Of a stretch of 64,000 bases of DNA, positions 1-11,599 are shown piece by piece. The notes beneath the pieces are model-generated. The model was given only the letters and a program-made list of their open reading frames with translations. It was not told the DNA's origin and did no database searches. The first letter of the stretch is position 1; every line of letters begins with the position of its first letter. The position numbers and the translations under genes are program-made. Origin of the DNA: Planktothrix sp. GU0601_MAG3 (GTDB taxonomy: Bacteria > Cyanobacteriota > Cyanobacteriia > Cyanobacteriales > Microcoleaceae); the NCBI GenBank assembly GCA_035193785.1, contig CP136572.1:1440001-1504000 (forward strand), given 5' to 3'.

Positions 1-2969
1 TAAGGTTTCCTTGTCCGGTGATTTCAGTAGTTAATAATCCTCGCAATAAAGGCATATTTTCAGCTTGCTGTAATAGTCCATTTTGACGTAAACTATTTGG
101 CATTTGAGATTCAACTAATTGAGAGAAACGACCTAAAGCAATTTGATCTCCTTTAATGGTGGTTTTCCATTGTCCTTGTCGAGTTTCTCCGGTTGCTAAA
201 ACTATACCCCCATCTCGACCTAAATTTACCTTACTATCGAGGAAAGCTATTAAGTTATTAGGGGAAAAGTTAGTGAGATTCCCATTAATTTTTGCTAACC
301 CTTGCAGGAATCCTCCCTGGAAATTTAAGGCGTTAATTTCAGCTACTAAACTGGGCTGTAAATTGGCTAAGGGTAATCCTAAATTAATTAAGGGTCGCAG
401 AGGAATTTGATCGGTGATTACTTGACCTATTAATTGATTATTTGCTAATTGTCCTTCCGCATTAATGATTCCACCAAAATTCCCTAAATTAACCTGGGCT
501 AATCCCGTAGCAATCAGAGTATTAAGATTAAAATTAGTTAGATTTCCGGTAACATTTCCTTCTCCGGTTAACCGACTATTCCGAAAGTCTAAGGTTTGAA
601 TTTGATTCTGGAGGTTTGGGGGTAAATTAGCCAGGGGTAAACCTAAATCAATCCAAGGATTTAACTGGATTTCTTGGGCGTTAAATTTTCCTTGAAATTG
701 TCCTTGATTTAGTTGACTATTGGCGGTAATTATTCCTCCTAATTTACCTAAATTAATGACTGTTTTGGCATTTCCTATAAAGTTATTGGGGTTAAAATTA
801 TCAATTTTACCAGATAGAAATCCGTCAATTTGTAAAGTTCCTTGACTGATATCTAAACTCCGAATTTGGGAGGTGAGAGCATCGGTTAAGTTAGCAAAGG
901 GTAATCCAATATTAATTAATCGGGGTAAGGCTAAATTATCGCTAGAAAAATCCGTTTGTAGGAGTCCGTTTTGGAGTTGGGCGATCGCCTTAATTGTGCT
1001 ATTCTGAAAATTAAGTTGAATTTGACTATCGGCTTTTAAACTATTTAAAGAAAAATCTTGCAAATTTGCTGATAATTTGGTGACTAAATTTAACTGACCA
1101 TCGGTTAAATCAATAGATTGAATTTGTTGTTTAGTCCCATCAGGAATTACGGCAAATAATAGCCCCAAATCAACTAAGGGAGTCAGGGAAAGTTGATTGG
1201 CTATGATTTCAGCATTCCAAATCTGATTATTAGTTTTTTGAGCAATAAGATTCAGATTTCCCTCAGCAATTTTAATCTGGGCTTTCGCCGTATTTCCTAA
1301 AAGTTGAGCTTCCCCTAAAATTGGATAAATAGCTGAAGGTAAGGAGAATTGAGTCTGGGCTTTTAAGTTATCTAAATTCCCAGAAACCTGACCATTTGCA
1401 GATAGATTTCCTATCGGAAAACTGGGGATAAATCCGTAGGATTTAGCGATCGCATCCACAGGAATATCATTAATATTAAAATCTAATTTAACAATCGGAT
1501 TGATTTCGGTTTTTTGTTGTGAAATCTGGGGATTTGGGGGTAATTTCGGCAAAGTTTTTTGATCAACCTTGGGCTGAGGTTTTATTGGGGGCGCTAATAA
1601 CCCAGCTAGTCCTGCTAATTTAATTTCTCCTTTTCCTGCGACTGACCCCCCAAGGGAAGGTTGAATTAATAGGTTTGGAATTTCAATAATTGGATCGGCT
1701 AAAATCTTGAAATTTGGATCAAGTTTAGTTAAAATATTAAAATCAGTTTGAATTGTATTAAAATAAACCCGATCTAATAAGGTTTTTTGAGTTGTGGCGA
1801 TATTTCCTGAAATTTTAGGACTGTTTAAATTTCCCTTTAAGTTAAGATTAGCTTTCAATTCTCCCGTCACCGGAAAGGGAAGGGTAACAGGTTTTTTCTG
1901 AATAGTTTCTACGGTTTTTAACAGGGTGGAAACTTGAACTGGTTGTAAATTTGCTAATAAATTAACTTGAGTTTTGGCTAAATCTAAGTTAGAATTAGTT
2001 AACACTGATCCAGTTAATCCTAGTGCTAAATCTCCCATGGTGGTATTCAACTGATCAATCATCAATTGAGTTCCCGAAAAGCGCAATTTAGCTTGACTCA
2101 AATTAACGGGTTGAGGAAGACTATCAATAGCAACTTTAACTTGATCTAAATTCAGCGTTCCCCGAATATCTAAGGGTTTATAATTATTTAATTTAACGTT
2201 TAAATTTGTATTGAGTTTTCCCTGTTTGATCGAAATCCCAGGAGTTTCTACAAACCAAGCTAAATGGCTTATATCTAAACGATTGGCTTGAATTTGAGCA
2301 TTGATTTTCCCGGTTTCTAATAAAGCATCACCTTTGATGGCAAAAGTACCTGTTTCTGCAAATTTCCCCCTTAAATCCGCTTGAATTTGCTGCTGATCTT
2401 CGGTTAAATTAGCTTTGATTTGATCCACCGCAATCACAATCGGCTTTTCTTTAGCTTTTAAAAGCGCGTAGGGCACTAAATTAATTTTAGCATTTTCAAT
2501 TCCAATGGTTCTAAAAACTAATGTAACCGGAGGATTTGGATCTAACTTAAGTTGAGTATCAATCCAGTTTCCCGATGAATTTTGTTCAATATAAATGTTA
2601 GGATTAACTAAGGTAATATTTAGTTGAACCTTGGGTTTAAACAAGGATAAAACAGAGAAATTAACCTCTACCGCCGTCGCTTCCCCCCTATCGGTATCCG
2701 TGGCGGTGGCGGGGATGGACGAATGACCAAAACGAATACTATTCAGGGTAAATCGTTTCCAGGGGGCCAACATCAATGGGCCGTTGTAGTATCCCTTCTA
2801 AGACATTGCTGATGATGGGGGCTAACCGATATCGAATCAGCCAACTAGCGGTTGTCCCTGCGGCTAACAGGGTGACTCCGCAGCCTACACCGCCCCAAAG
2901 CAAAATCCGCTTTAACCGTCGTCGGCGGGGTAAAATCGATTCAGAATTGGGATTCGGTGAATTAGTCAT
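1..2969 (-). CDS. TamB/AsmA-like translocation and assembly module protein, 5' part (runs off window start); apparent +1 frameshift at 2755-2759
   Basis: N-terminal TM anchor (ORF 2739..2969). Removing one base at GTTTC 2755 gives LERFTLNSIRFGHSSIPATATDTDRGEATAVEVNF, typical of cyanobacterial TamB-like N-termini. The ORF track lists no stop-terminated minus ORF downstream, consistent with an open frame to base 1. Confidence 0.7.
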
Positions 2970-3284
2970 CTCAAATCTGGTTTTTAGTAAATCAACATAA
3001 TATTATAGAAGCAATTTAGACTTTAGCATTTTAGCAGTGATATTGATAGGATAGACCAAGAAATGATAATTTTAGAGAATAGGTCAAGTGAGGAAAACCC
3101 AGGGATTTTAATGACAATATAATCTAGTAAAGTTGAAGGGTTAGAAACGCAATTCGATGAAACAACTATTTATAAAACCGAAAATAATTTAGGGTTTGCA
3201 CCGTTTTATATTTGGTATGGTAAACCCAGTTCCTCCTAATTAAATTAAAAGTATATCTCCCCTTCAAAACCCCGCGATAATTTC

Positions 3285-5022
3285 CTAGTTTTTCAAGGGA
3301 ATAGTTAGAGGAGAATAGGGAAGACCCGGATCTGTTCCATAGTTAGGTGCTGAGTTAATCGGGGCGGTTTCTTCTGAAAGAATAGGAGATGTTGATTCTA
3401 CCTGGGGGGTAGGTTCTGTGTAATAATCAGGAGCAGATTGTTCGGAAACATAACCTCCACCTTCGGCGGATGGAATCTCAGGCGGTAGCGTCCCGGCTTC
3501 ATTTTGAGGGTAACTTGGTTCGGGAGGGGTGTAGGGAACAACCGTTGAATAATTATCATCAGAATAGCCAGTTACGGGAGTTTCCGCTTCAGTGGGAGAG
3601 AGTAAATATTCATCTAATTTAGATTCATCCGTTGAGGGAATTTCTTCCTGGGTTTCAGCTACAATACCAGAATCACTATATTGATCAACGGGCGATTCTT
3701 CCTCGGTTTTTGCTTCTAAATCCGCCGGTTTTGGTGTTGGGTAATCTCCATCTTCTAAGGGTTCTTCAACCGAACGTTGGGGGGCTACTTCACTCGGAGC
3801 TTGAGTTTGAATGGAGGGATTTTCAAACATCGGTTTCCGTGGAATCTAAATTGGTAAAGGGATGATTGATCTGAATCTTGGTTTTCTGACTAACAATATA
3901 TCCATAACGACGGGTCAAATCAAACCCAACCCAACCAAAAAATAAAGAGGTGATTAAGAATAAAATCGGAACTAAAAAACCCAAGGAAGGGGTATATTCC
4001 ATGGGTTCCCATTGGGGAATTGGGACAGAAACAGGTGGAATTTTGGGTTGGGGATGGGGCGGGGTAACGGCTACAAATACTGGGGTTTCAACTACAGATT
4101 TCACCGCCACAGGTTCGGGTTTCGGGGGGACAATAACCGGGTTCGGTTGAATCAAAGTATTAGGAGATTGAATTACCGTAGTAGTTGCTTCAATTGGTAA
4201 AAAAGCGATCCACTGATCAACATTTTGAGGCCGTCGTGCGGGTTCAATTTCTAATCCCCAATAGATCAACCGTTCCACCACGACACTAAGGGTGGGTTGA
4301 ATTCGCCTCAAACTAGGTTTAGTCGCGTTGAGTAACTCCTGTGTGGCTTCATTGACTCGTAGGGGGGCTTCTAAGGGCGGTTCACCCGTTAATAAATAAT
4401 AGAGTATGGCCGACAAACTATAAATATCCGTTGCCGGAGTTAATTGTTGATGGGGAAGATAATGTTCTAGGGGTGCGTAACCTACGGACAAAACCCGGTT
4501 ACGGATGGGAAACTCCGGGCGATGCTGGATAAACCCATTGGTTAAACCAAAATCAACTAGGGTGAGGATATTTCCCTGACATCGGATATTTTGGGGTTGG
4601 AGATTACAGTGGAGTAAACCCTGTTGATGGAGTTTTCGCAAGGCCGAAGAAATCTGACTAATATAGTTTATGGCTTGACTCACCGATATCCTGGGACTCG
4701 ATTGTAGGGTTTCTTCTAGGGTTTTCCCAGGAAGATAATTCATTACCATATAGGGTAAACCCTGTTCTTCAAATAGGTCTAGGACACGGACAATATTCGG
4801 GTGGTGACACTGAGTCAAACCCTGAGCAAAGGTGATAAATTGTCGCTTAATTTTGGGAAAATCAACGGAGGCCATGAATTTCGGATGGAGGGTTTTAATC
4901 ACCACCGTTTGATTCGTCAGAGGGTGAGTACCTTGGTAAGTTATACCAAACTCCCCGCGACCGAGAACCGCATCAATCCGATATTTGCCGTTCTGGAGAA
5001 CCGTTTCCTGCGTTAGATTCAT
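3285..5022 (-). CDS. Ser/Thr protein kinase (Pkn2-type, degenerate catalytic motifs) with TM helix and Pro/Glu-rich C-terminal tail; apparent frameshift at 3833-3837
   Basis: LGRGEFG, VIK, HCNLQPQN, DFG, YAPLE and DIYSL motifs. ORFs 3823..5022 and 3285..3830 fuse (STEPMFEN) on removing one base of GTTTC 3833. Confidence 0.8.
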
Positions 5023-5157
5023 TGCTTAATCACCAACTCCCCACCGTTTATTATCCGCCCATACCAGAACGAAACCATCGTTTTAGTAGAGTCTACTTTC
5101 AGTTCTGGGATTGTAGCGCCTCTGTGGGATGATCGCCAACTCTCCCCAGGGTTGAAG

Positions 5158-5476
5158 CTAGAACTCCTCGATCATCCATTCCGAAGATCTCTCGCCTAAA
5201 TCGAGGGGAATACTCACGGCTTTTCCTAAACGGGGTTTTTCCCGGGTATTTAGAATATGATTTCTTACCTGTTTCCGTACTTCCCCAACTATTTAAGTGG
5301 TTGGCGATCGCATTCAAATGGGCGATATAATCGGCTTCATCCAGGGGAAAGGATAATTGTTCCAAATATTTCCACATAATTTGTAGAAATATTTTACCCC
5401 TTGTCCGGCGCAGTTGAATATCGTAGGACACGCCCCATTTATTTAATAACAATTGACGGATATCTTCACCAGTCAT
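5158..5476 (-). CDS. DUF3067 family protein; apparent frameshift at 5271-5275
   Basis: KWGVSYDIQLRRTRGKIFLQIMWKYLEQLSFPL; the corrected C-terminus reads TREKPRLGKAVSIPLDLGERSSEW. Confidence 0.8.
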
Positions 5477-5507
5477 AGTTGCGATTAACTCCCTAGATAC
5501 AGATCCA

Positions 5508-6995
5508 TTAACTACCAATTCCCAACCCGGTAGCTAAGGCGGGGGTGAGGGGAAATAGGGTTAAAATCATAAACAAGAAAACCAATAATCCCAAGGCGGC
5601 ACGGGCATCATTGGGTTCAGTTAATTCATTGGAACTCGGTCTTTCTAAATTTCGTTGTAAAATCAAAATTACTAAGGCCCAATAGAGAGCTAATGGATTA
5701 GAGAGAGAGGCGATCGCTAAAACAATAAAAGTAGCAATAGTTGAACGTCCGGCAATTTTCCGGCCATAAATCGCCTGCATCATTCGTCCCCCATCTAACT
5801 GTCCGGCTGGCATTAAATTCAAAGCCGTAATCACTAACCCAAACCAACCAATTAAGGTGAGCAGATGCACGTTAACGCTGGCTTGATGCAGTTGGGAACC
5901 TAAAATTAATCGAGATAACATTCCAACTAAGACCGAGCCCTGAAAAAATTCCGTTGGCACTTGAAAAGCACTGCCCGGATGGGATAAAAATAACCCCGTA
6001 ATTAATAGGAATAACGATAGGGTTCCGGCGGCTGCCGGGCCAGCAAAAGCCACATCAAATAACACCGTCCGGTTAGGTAATACGGATTCAAACCGATTAA
6101 AGGCTCCAAAACTGCCAATTTGAACCGTAGGAATAAAAAACGGCCAACTAAATTTAATATCATAACGTTTTGCCATGACTTGATGGGCGATTTCATGGGT
6201 AAATAAAACCGCTAAAATTCCGAGGGCGATGGGGATAATTTCCGGGTAACGGGTTAAATTTTCCGAAAAATCGAATCCTAATAATAAACCTCCCGCTTCA
6301 AAAATTGTTCCCACCGTCATTAAAAATAAAATAATCGCTAAAATTTTTTGAGGAATTGAAGTGGTTAGGGGTTCATTGGTTTGGGGTAGAACAATCACAA
6401 CGGGTTTGCCATCGGGATTATCTACTAAAAATAATCGTAAGCGATCGCCAATTCTTTTTTTTAAATTTGCCGATAATTGTTGATAGGCAGTTTCTGGATC
6501 ACTGCGAAGATTTCCTTTAAAAATCACCCCATCTTGATAGGGAATGGTTTCCGTGGCAAAAAAGGTATCAATGCCAAAAATACCCTGAATAATTTTCAGG
6601 TCTTCTGGGGATAACGGCACCGAGCGCAGGTTTAAAACCGGATCGGAAGTTGGAGAAGGTTGAGGCCCCGGTGGCTGGGGGGGTGGATTTTCTGAAAGTT
6701 CGGGTTTCGGCCCAGAGGCTGAATCTTGATCCGCCACTTCCCTGAGTCGTCGGCCAATCATAATATATAATCCGGTCGAAGCCACGAATAAAAATAAAAG
6801 ACTCACCAAATTGAGGTAAATTCCCGCCGCCGCCAAGCAAAAAAACAGCAACCCAGGAGACATTAAAGCCACGGATTGCAACCAGGACAACAAACCCAGT
6901 TTCCCATAGGGTAAGGCCCGATAATACCCCCAACCCAGGACACCCAGGGCTATCAGGAGGACGAGAATAGTGGTGTTATCAGATGCAGTAAACAT
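5508..6995 (-). CDS. Site-2 protease family (M50) membrane zinc metalloprotease, EGY-like
   Basis: HEIAH and NLMPAGQLDGG motifs, multiple TM segments. Start placed at MFTASD; the ORF track allows extension to 7073. Confidence 0.85.
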   Translation of the reverse strand: MFTASDNTTILVLLIALGVLGWGYYRALPYGKLGLLSWLQSVALMSPGLLFFCLAAAGIYLNLVSLLFLFVASTGLYIMIGRRLREVADQDSASGPKPELSENPPPQPPGPQPSPTSDPVLNLRSVPLSPEDLKIIQGIFGIDTFFATETIPYQDGVIFKGNLRSDPETAYQQLSANLKKRIGDRLRLFLVDNPDGKPVVIVLPQTNEPLTTSIPQKILAIILFLMTVGTIFEAGGLLLGFDFSENLTRYPEIIPIALGILAVLFTHEIAHQVMAKRYDIKFSWPFFIPTVQIGSFGAFNRFESVLPNRTVLFDVAFAGPAAAGTLSLFLLITGLFLSHPGSAFQVPTEFFQGSVLVGMLSRLILGSQLHQASVNVHLLTLIGWFGLVITALNLMPAGQLDGGRMMQAIYGRKIAGRSTIATFIVLAIASLSNPLALYWALVILILQRNLERPSSNELTEPNDARAALGLLVFLFMILTLFPLTPALATGLGIGS

Positions 6996-7085
6996 TATTG
7001 ACCTTAATTTTGAGCTCGAAAGGCGATCACCTTGAGAATTCATTGTATCCCAGTCCATTCCACCCAACTCCAATCCAACCAGTAA

Positions 7086-8382
7086 TCAAGGCATTGTCGG
7101 AATCGTATTCAGGTCTTTGGGGTGGGCATTGATATCTTCCTGGGAAATGAAATCGGGATTTGTCGCTAAAATTGCTTTGGCTTCTGCCATATCTCGGCGG
7201 GTCGCTTCCCGCAGTTGTTCCCGCAGGGCGGGCATGGCGGCCAAAGCCCTTGTCCAGTCGGGAATTTCAGCCGTGACCGGATTTTGAAAGAATTCTTGAC
7301 CCGCTTCGGCGATCACTTTTTCAAAGACATCAATGATCGCTTCTTCGTGATGACGGTCATATTGCATATTATTAAACCGAGCATCGACAAAATATTGGCG
7401 GGTAAAATCCTGGGCTTCCCGTTTGAATTTAATCCGTAGGGTGTGAATTTGTTCCCGGGTCACCACCACCCGTTTCAGTTTCGATTAAGGTACGCAAAAT
7501 TGACCGGAGAATATCGGCGCACATTTTGCGTAGTCCTTCCTGGGAGGATTGACCAATGGTTTGATGTTTATGGTCGAAGTTGCCTAAATCAATTTGAGCA
7601 ATTCTTTGGGGGACAATATTGCGATAAACCTCCGCTAATAAACCAATTTCTAGGCCCCAATTGCTGGGAATTCGAGTATTGAGGGCGATATCATTGGTTA
7701 GGGCAAATTCCCCCGATAGGGGATAACGATAGGCACTTAAATAGCGGAGATAATTGTTATAGCCATATAAATCCATTAGTGCCACCAATAACGGGGTAAT
7801 AAATAGACGCATTACCCGACCATGGAAACTTCTGGGTTCGCCGCCCAATCGGGCATAATAGGCTTTATTAAAGGAAATTCCCAGTTCTTTTTCTAGGAGG
7901 GGAAATAATAATTTTAGGGGATAGGATTTATCGTAGGTAATGATATCAGCATCGTGAAGCGCGATCACTTCGGCTTGCAGGGAGGCCACTCCCAAACCAA
8001 TCCAAACCGCCCGACCTTTGCCTTTGAAGCTCATTAGGTCTAGGCCTTTTTCCCGCAATTTTTCTAAAAGTTGGTTAACTCTTGGGCTATTTTCCCAAAT
8101 TACCAGGGTGGGCTGGGGTAAAACACTGAAAAAATGAACGGCTTTTGTATATTCTTCTAGGGTTTTAGCATATAGACAGACCACAATGGTATTAACGAAA
8201 TGACACTCTTTGAGGCAATCTCGAATCCGGGTTAAAGCGGGCCGTTCCAGTTCCTCGTATAAGGCGGGAATCAAGACGGCCGTGGGGCAAGTTTCACAAA
8301 GTTGGATAAGTCGGGCTTCTAATAAGTCGAGATCGCAACCAAAGTCATGAATTGTGGTAATTAATTCTTGTTTATAGTCCAT
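7086..8382 (-). CDS. gpgS: Glucosyl-3-phosphoglycerate synthase-type glycosyltransferase; apparent frameshift near 7472-7482
   Basis: GKGRAVW, HDADI, FNKAYYAR, HGRVMRLF, RYPLSGEFA and WGLEIG motifs; C-terminal IPDW segment in ORF 7086..7469. Confidence 0.75.
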
Positions 8383-8440
8383 TATGGTGACCCAACTCCC
8401 AAGATAGCCAGCGACTTATAGAGTCCATCTATGTTAACAC

Positions 8441-9241
8441 TCAATGACGAAAAAGTATAGAATTTTTTACAGAAAAACGAACAATGACTGGAAAATGATC
8501 CGACGGCCAAATGTCTTCTATTTGATTAACGTCGATATTTACAGATTCTAATAACATCCGATGATCATAATAAATTGTATCAACGGCGGCGATCGCTTCA
8601 CCTGTAAAATCATGAAAAGTCTGTTGAGATTCTAAGGGAATATCGGATAAACTATCTAATAATTGAATTCCGTTAGCCAGGGGTTGTAATAAAGCATTTC
8701 TTTCTTCACTATTGGGCTCGGCGTTAAAGTCTCCGGTTAATATTAGTAAAGAATATTCCGGGTTAACTTGATTTAGGTATTTTTGAATTAAAGGAATACT
8801 CAATTTTCGAGATCCTTGACTATAATAATCTAAATGGGTATTAAAAACGGTGATTTTTTGTTGGGTTTCCCTGGAAATAAATACTCCCCAACTCACCAGT
8901 TTAGGGGTGGAATTTCCCCATTCTGAACTAATACTTCCGACTAATTTAGGAGTATCACTTAACCAGAAATTTTTTGATTCAATACATTGGAACTTTTTAG
9001 TTTGATAAAAAATAGCACAATGTTCTCCAGTTCCATTGCCAATTTGATCCGTCCCAACACTTTGATATTGGGGTAATAATCTGTGTAAATCTAAGATTTG
9101 ATGGGCTTTTCCTTCCTGGGTTCCAATAATATCGGGTTCATATTTTTCAATTAATTTTGCAATTGCATAACGGCGAAATTTCCAGTCATTGTTGCCTTTA
9201 TCTGGCTTATCATAACGGAGATTTAAAGTTATAATTTTCAT
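8441..9241 (-). CDS. Endonuclease/exonuclease/phosphatase family protein
   Basis: TLNLRY, GTQE, NTHLD, LTGDFN and PSDHFPV motifs. Confidence 0.9.
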   Translation of the reverse strand: MKIITLNLRYDKPDKGNNDWKFRRYAIAKLIEKYEPDIIGTQEGKAHQILDLHRLLPQYQSVGTDQIGNGTGEHCAIFYQTKKFQCIESKNFWLSDTPKLVGSISSEWGNSTPKLVSWGVFISRETQQKITVFNTHLDYYSQGSRKLSIPLIQKYLNQVNPEYSLLILTGDFNAEPNSEERNALLQPLANGIQLLDSLSDIPLESQQTFHDFTGEAIAAVDTIYYDHRMLLESVNIDVNQIEDIWPSDHFPVIVRFSVKNSILFRH

Positions 9242-9250
9242 GGGTTTTGA

Positions 9251-10674
9251 TTAAAGCGATCGCCTCCAATTAAAAAACCGTTCTAAAAGCGTTTGTTGCC
9301 AAGTATTAGCCGCATATTTTTGTTTTTGTAACAATAACGCTGCTTTACTATTAACTTCCGATAAAGTCGGATAAATATGAATCCCGGTTAAAGCAGAAAC
9401 CTTCAAACCATGAGACATGGCTAAAACAATTTCATGAATTAACTCTCCGGCGGATGCACCGACTAAATGAGCACCTAAAATTTCACCATTACTGCGAGTA
9501 ATAATTTTAGCAAATCCTAGGGTTTTTGCTTCAGCAATGGCGCGATCAACTCCGGCAAAAGGTTGTTTTAAAACACAAATATCCTCCCCATACTGTTCCT
9601 TTGCTTGTTGTTTCTGTTAACCCAACTCTAGCTAATTCAGGATCGGTAAAAGTCGCCCAAGGAATCACCCGATAGTTAACTTTACTGATGGGAAAAAATA
9701 GGGCATTCGTTAACACCACAACCGCCTCATATCCAGCAACATGAGTAAATTGATACCCCCCAATCACATCACCGCAAGCGTAAATATACGGATTAGTTGT
9801 TTGGAGTTTCTCATTAACTTCAATCCCCGATTGATTAATAGTAACACCCGCCGCTTCCAAATTCAAGGATTCAATATTGGGAACTCGTCCCACAGAAACT
9901 AAAATTTCATCGGCTAAAATGATATTGTTCCCAGCAATAATTTTCTTTTTGCCATTTTCAATTTCTATGCGTTCGGCTTTGGTATTATTTAAAATAACAA
10001 TATTTTCCGATAATAATTGCTCTTGAACTACCTTTGCAGCTTCGGGATCTTCTTTCGGTAAAATCTGATTTCGACTAGATAAAATTGTCACCTTTGACCC
10101 TAAACGCGCAAAGGCTTGTCCCAGTTCGCAGCCTATGGGCCCTCCTCCAAAAATTGCTAAGGATTCGGGACAATTTTGTATAGAAAAAACCTGTTCATTG
10201 GTGAGAAAACCCGCTTGATTCAACCCGGGAATATTAGGAATAGCTGGACGGGAACCCGTGGCAATTATAAAGGCTCTAGCAGTTAGTTTTCGTCCGTTAA
10301 TACTGAAGGTTTTCTTATCTAAAAATTTACCGTCTCCAAAAATAACCTCAACTCCCAAAGATTCAAACCGTTCGGGAGAATCATGGGGTTGAATAGTAGA
10401 AATAACCTGTTGAACATGACTTGCAGCTTTGGCAAAATTAATGTTATAATTATCAGTATAAATCCCAAATTTAGCCGCGTTTTTAACTTCATAAGCCACC
10501 CGGGAAGCATGAATTAAAGACTTACTAGGAACACAACCAAACCATAAACAATCCCCCCCTAGGCGATCGCGTTCTATTAGGGCAACTTTTGCTTTTAATT
10601 GAGCCGCCGCACTAGCAACCACTAACCCCCCAGAAACCACCTCCAATCACTACCAAGTCATAGTCAACGGCCAT
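9251..10674 (-). CDS. Class I pyridine nucleotide-disulfide oxidoreductase (LpdA/MerA-like); apparent frameshifts at 10633 and 9610
   Basis: Corrected start MAVDYDLVVIGGGSGG, GGDCLWFGCVPSK redox disulfide, GGGPIG, C-terminal HIYPTLSE; no MerA C-terminal Cys pair. Confidence 0.85.
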
Positions 10675-10695
10675 AATTTTACCTTTAAATTTTAG

Positions 10696-10956
10696 AAGCC
10701 GGATTTCTTCGGCTATCTTTCTATTATGCAGCAAAGGTTAAGGCAAAAACCCGATTTCTCGAAATACTTATAGGTACTCAGAAATCGGGTTTCTTCAGCT
10801 ATCTTTATATTATGCAGCAAAGGTTAAGGCAAAAACCCGATTTATCGAAATACTTATAGGTACTCAGAAATCGGGTTTCTTCAGCTATCTTTCTATTATG
10901 CAGCAAAGGTTAAGGCAGAAACCCGATTTCTCAGAATACTTATAGGTACTCAGAAA
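10696..10956. repeat. Three tandem copies of an 86-bp unit with inverted ends AGAAATCGGGTTTCT...AGAAACCCGATTTCT
   Basis: CTATCTTT recurs at 10713, 10799 and 10885 (period 86); the units are near-identical. Confidence 0.9.
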
Positions 10957-11068
10957 AATAATTGCAGATTTAGAACAATTTGGGGCAGTATTTAATTTAT
11001 CTGGCAGTATTGGAGGAATTACAAATCGAGTTAATTTATTGATTTTTGAGAGTTAATTAATAATAAAA

Positions 11069-11128
11069 AGGGGCGGGTTTAGTTAGATTATTGATGGGTA
11101 TTTAAGATCTTGGCGAACCCGCCCCTAC
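11069..11128. repeat. REP-like palindromic element (AGGGGCGGGTT...AACCCGCCCCTAC)
   Basis: Inverted arms around a variable spacer; same family at 15678, 15784, 17465 and 17548. Confidence 0.8.
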
Positions 11129-11245
11129 GGGAATTATATTGAATTAAGCGGAGAGAAAATCGGATGAAGAATAGCGAATTGTGCTATTAGCTGTGGATAC
11201 ATTGCCAGATGATGATTTTTCATGCAAGTTTATTCCTATGTTTTC

Positions 11246-11395
11246 CTACTTAGGATCACAAGAATAGCAGCCGTCTTTTGTTTGTTCGCAGCAAACTGTA
11301 CTAGCAGATGCAATACCCAAAGATCTCCACCCCAAACTAGGGGTTACAAATAATAAAATTAGGCTAAATATAATTAGCTTGAATGGGTTATTCAT
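11246..11395 (-). CDS. Putative secreted Cys-rich micro-protein (49 aa; predicted mature peptide STVCCEQTKDGCYSCDPK)
   Basis: ATG at 11395, K followed by hydrophobic core LIIFSLILLFV, A-S-A cleavage motif, 4 Cys in the last 18 residues; divergent from the NB-ARC gene. Confidence 0.6.
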   Translation of the reverse strand: MNNPFKLIIFSLILLFVTPSLGWRSLGIASASTVCCEQTKDGCYSCDPK

Positions 11396-11599
11396 GGTGT
11401 TTAAAGATTGATTGATTGATTGTGTTTGCAATTACCAGATTAAAACTTACTTGTTTAATTGTCGGTAGATGAAAGTTAGTGATTTAAAAGTTAATTTAGG
11501 TAAGGGAAAACTTTGTTTGAGGGATTCAAAGTTAATTAAAGTCAATCAAAGTGAGTTATAGTTATTATTTCAAGCTGTAACTTACCACCAGATAGACCG

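Noticed and set aside
9251..10674. Mercuric reductase merA
   Set aside because: It lacks the C-terminal vicinal Cys pair and NmerA domain, and there is no mer operon context.
10696..10956. CRISPR array
   Set aside because: The whole 86-bp unit repeats, so there are no unique spacers, and no cas genes are present.
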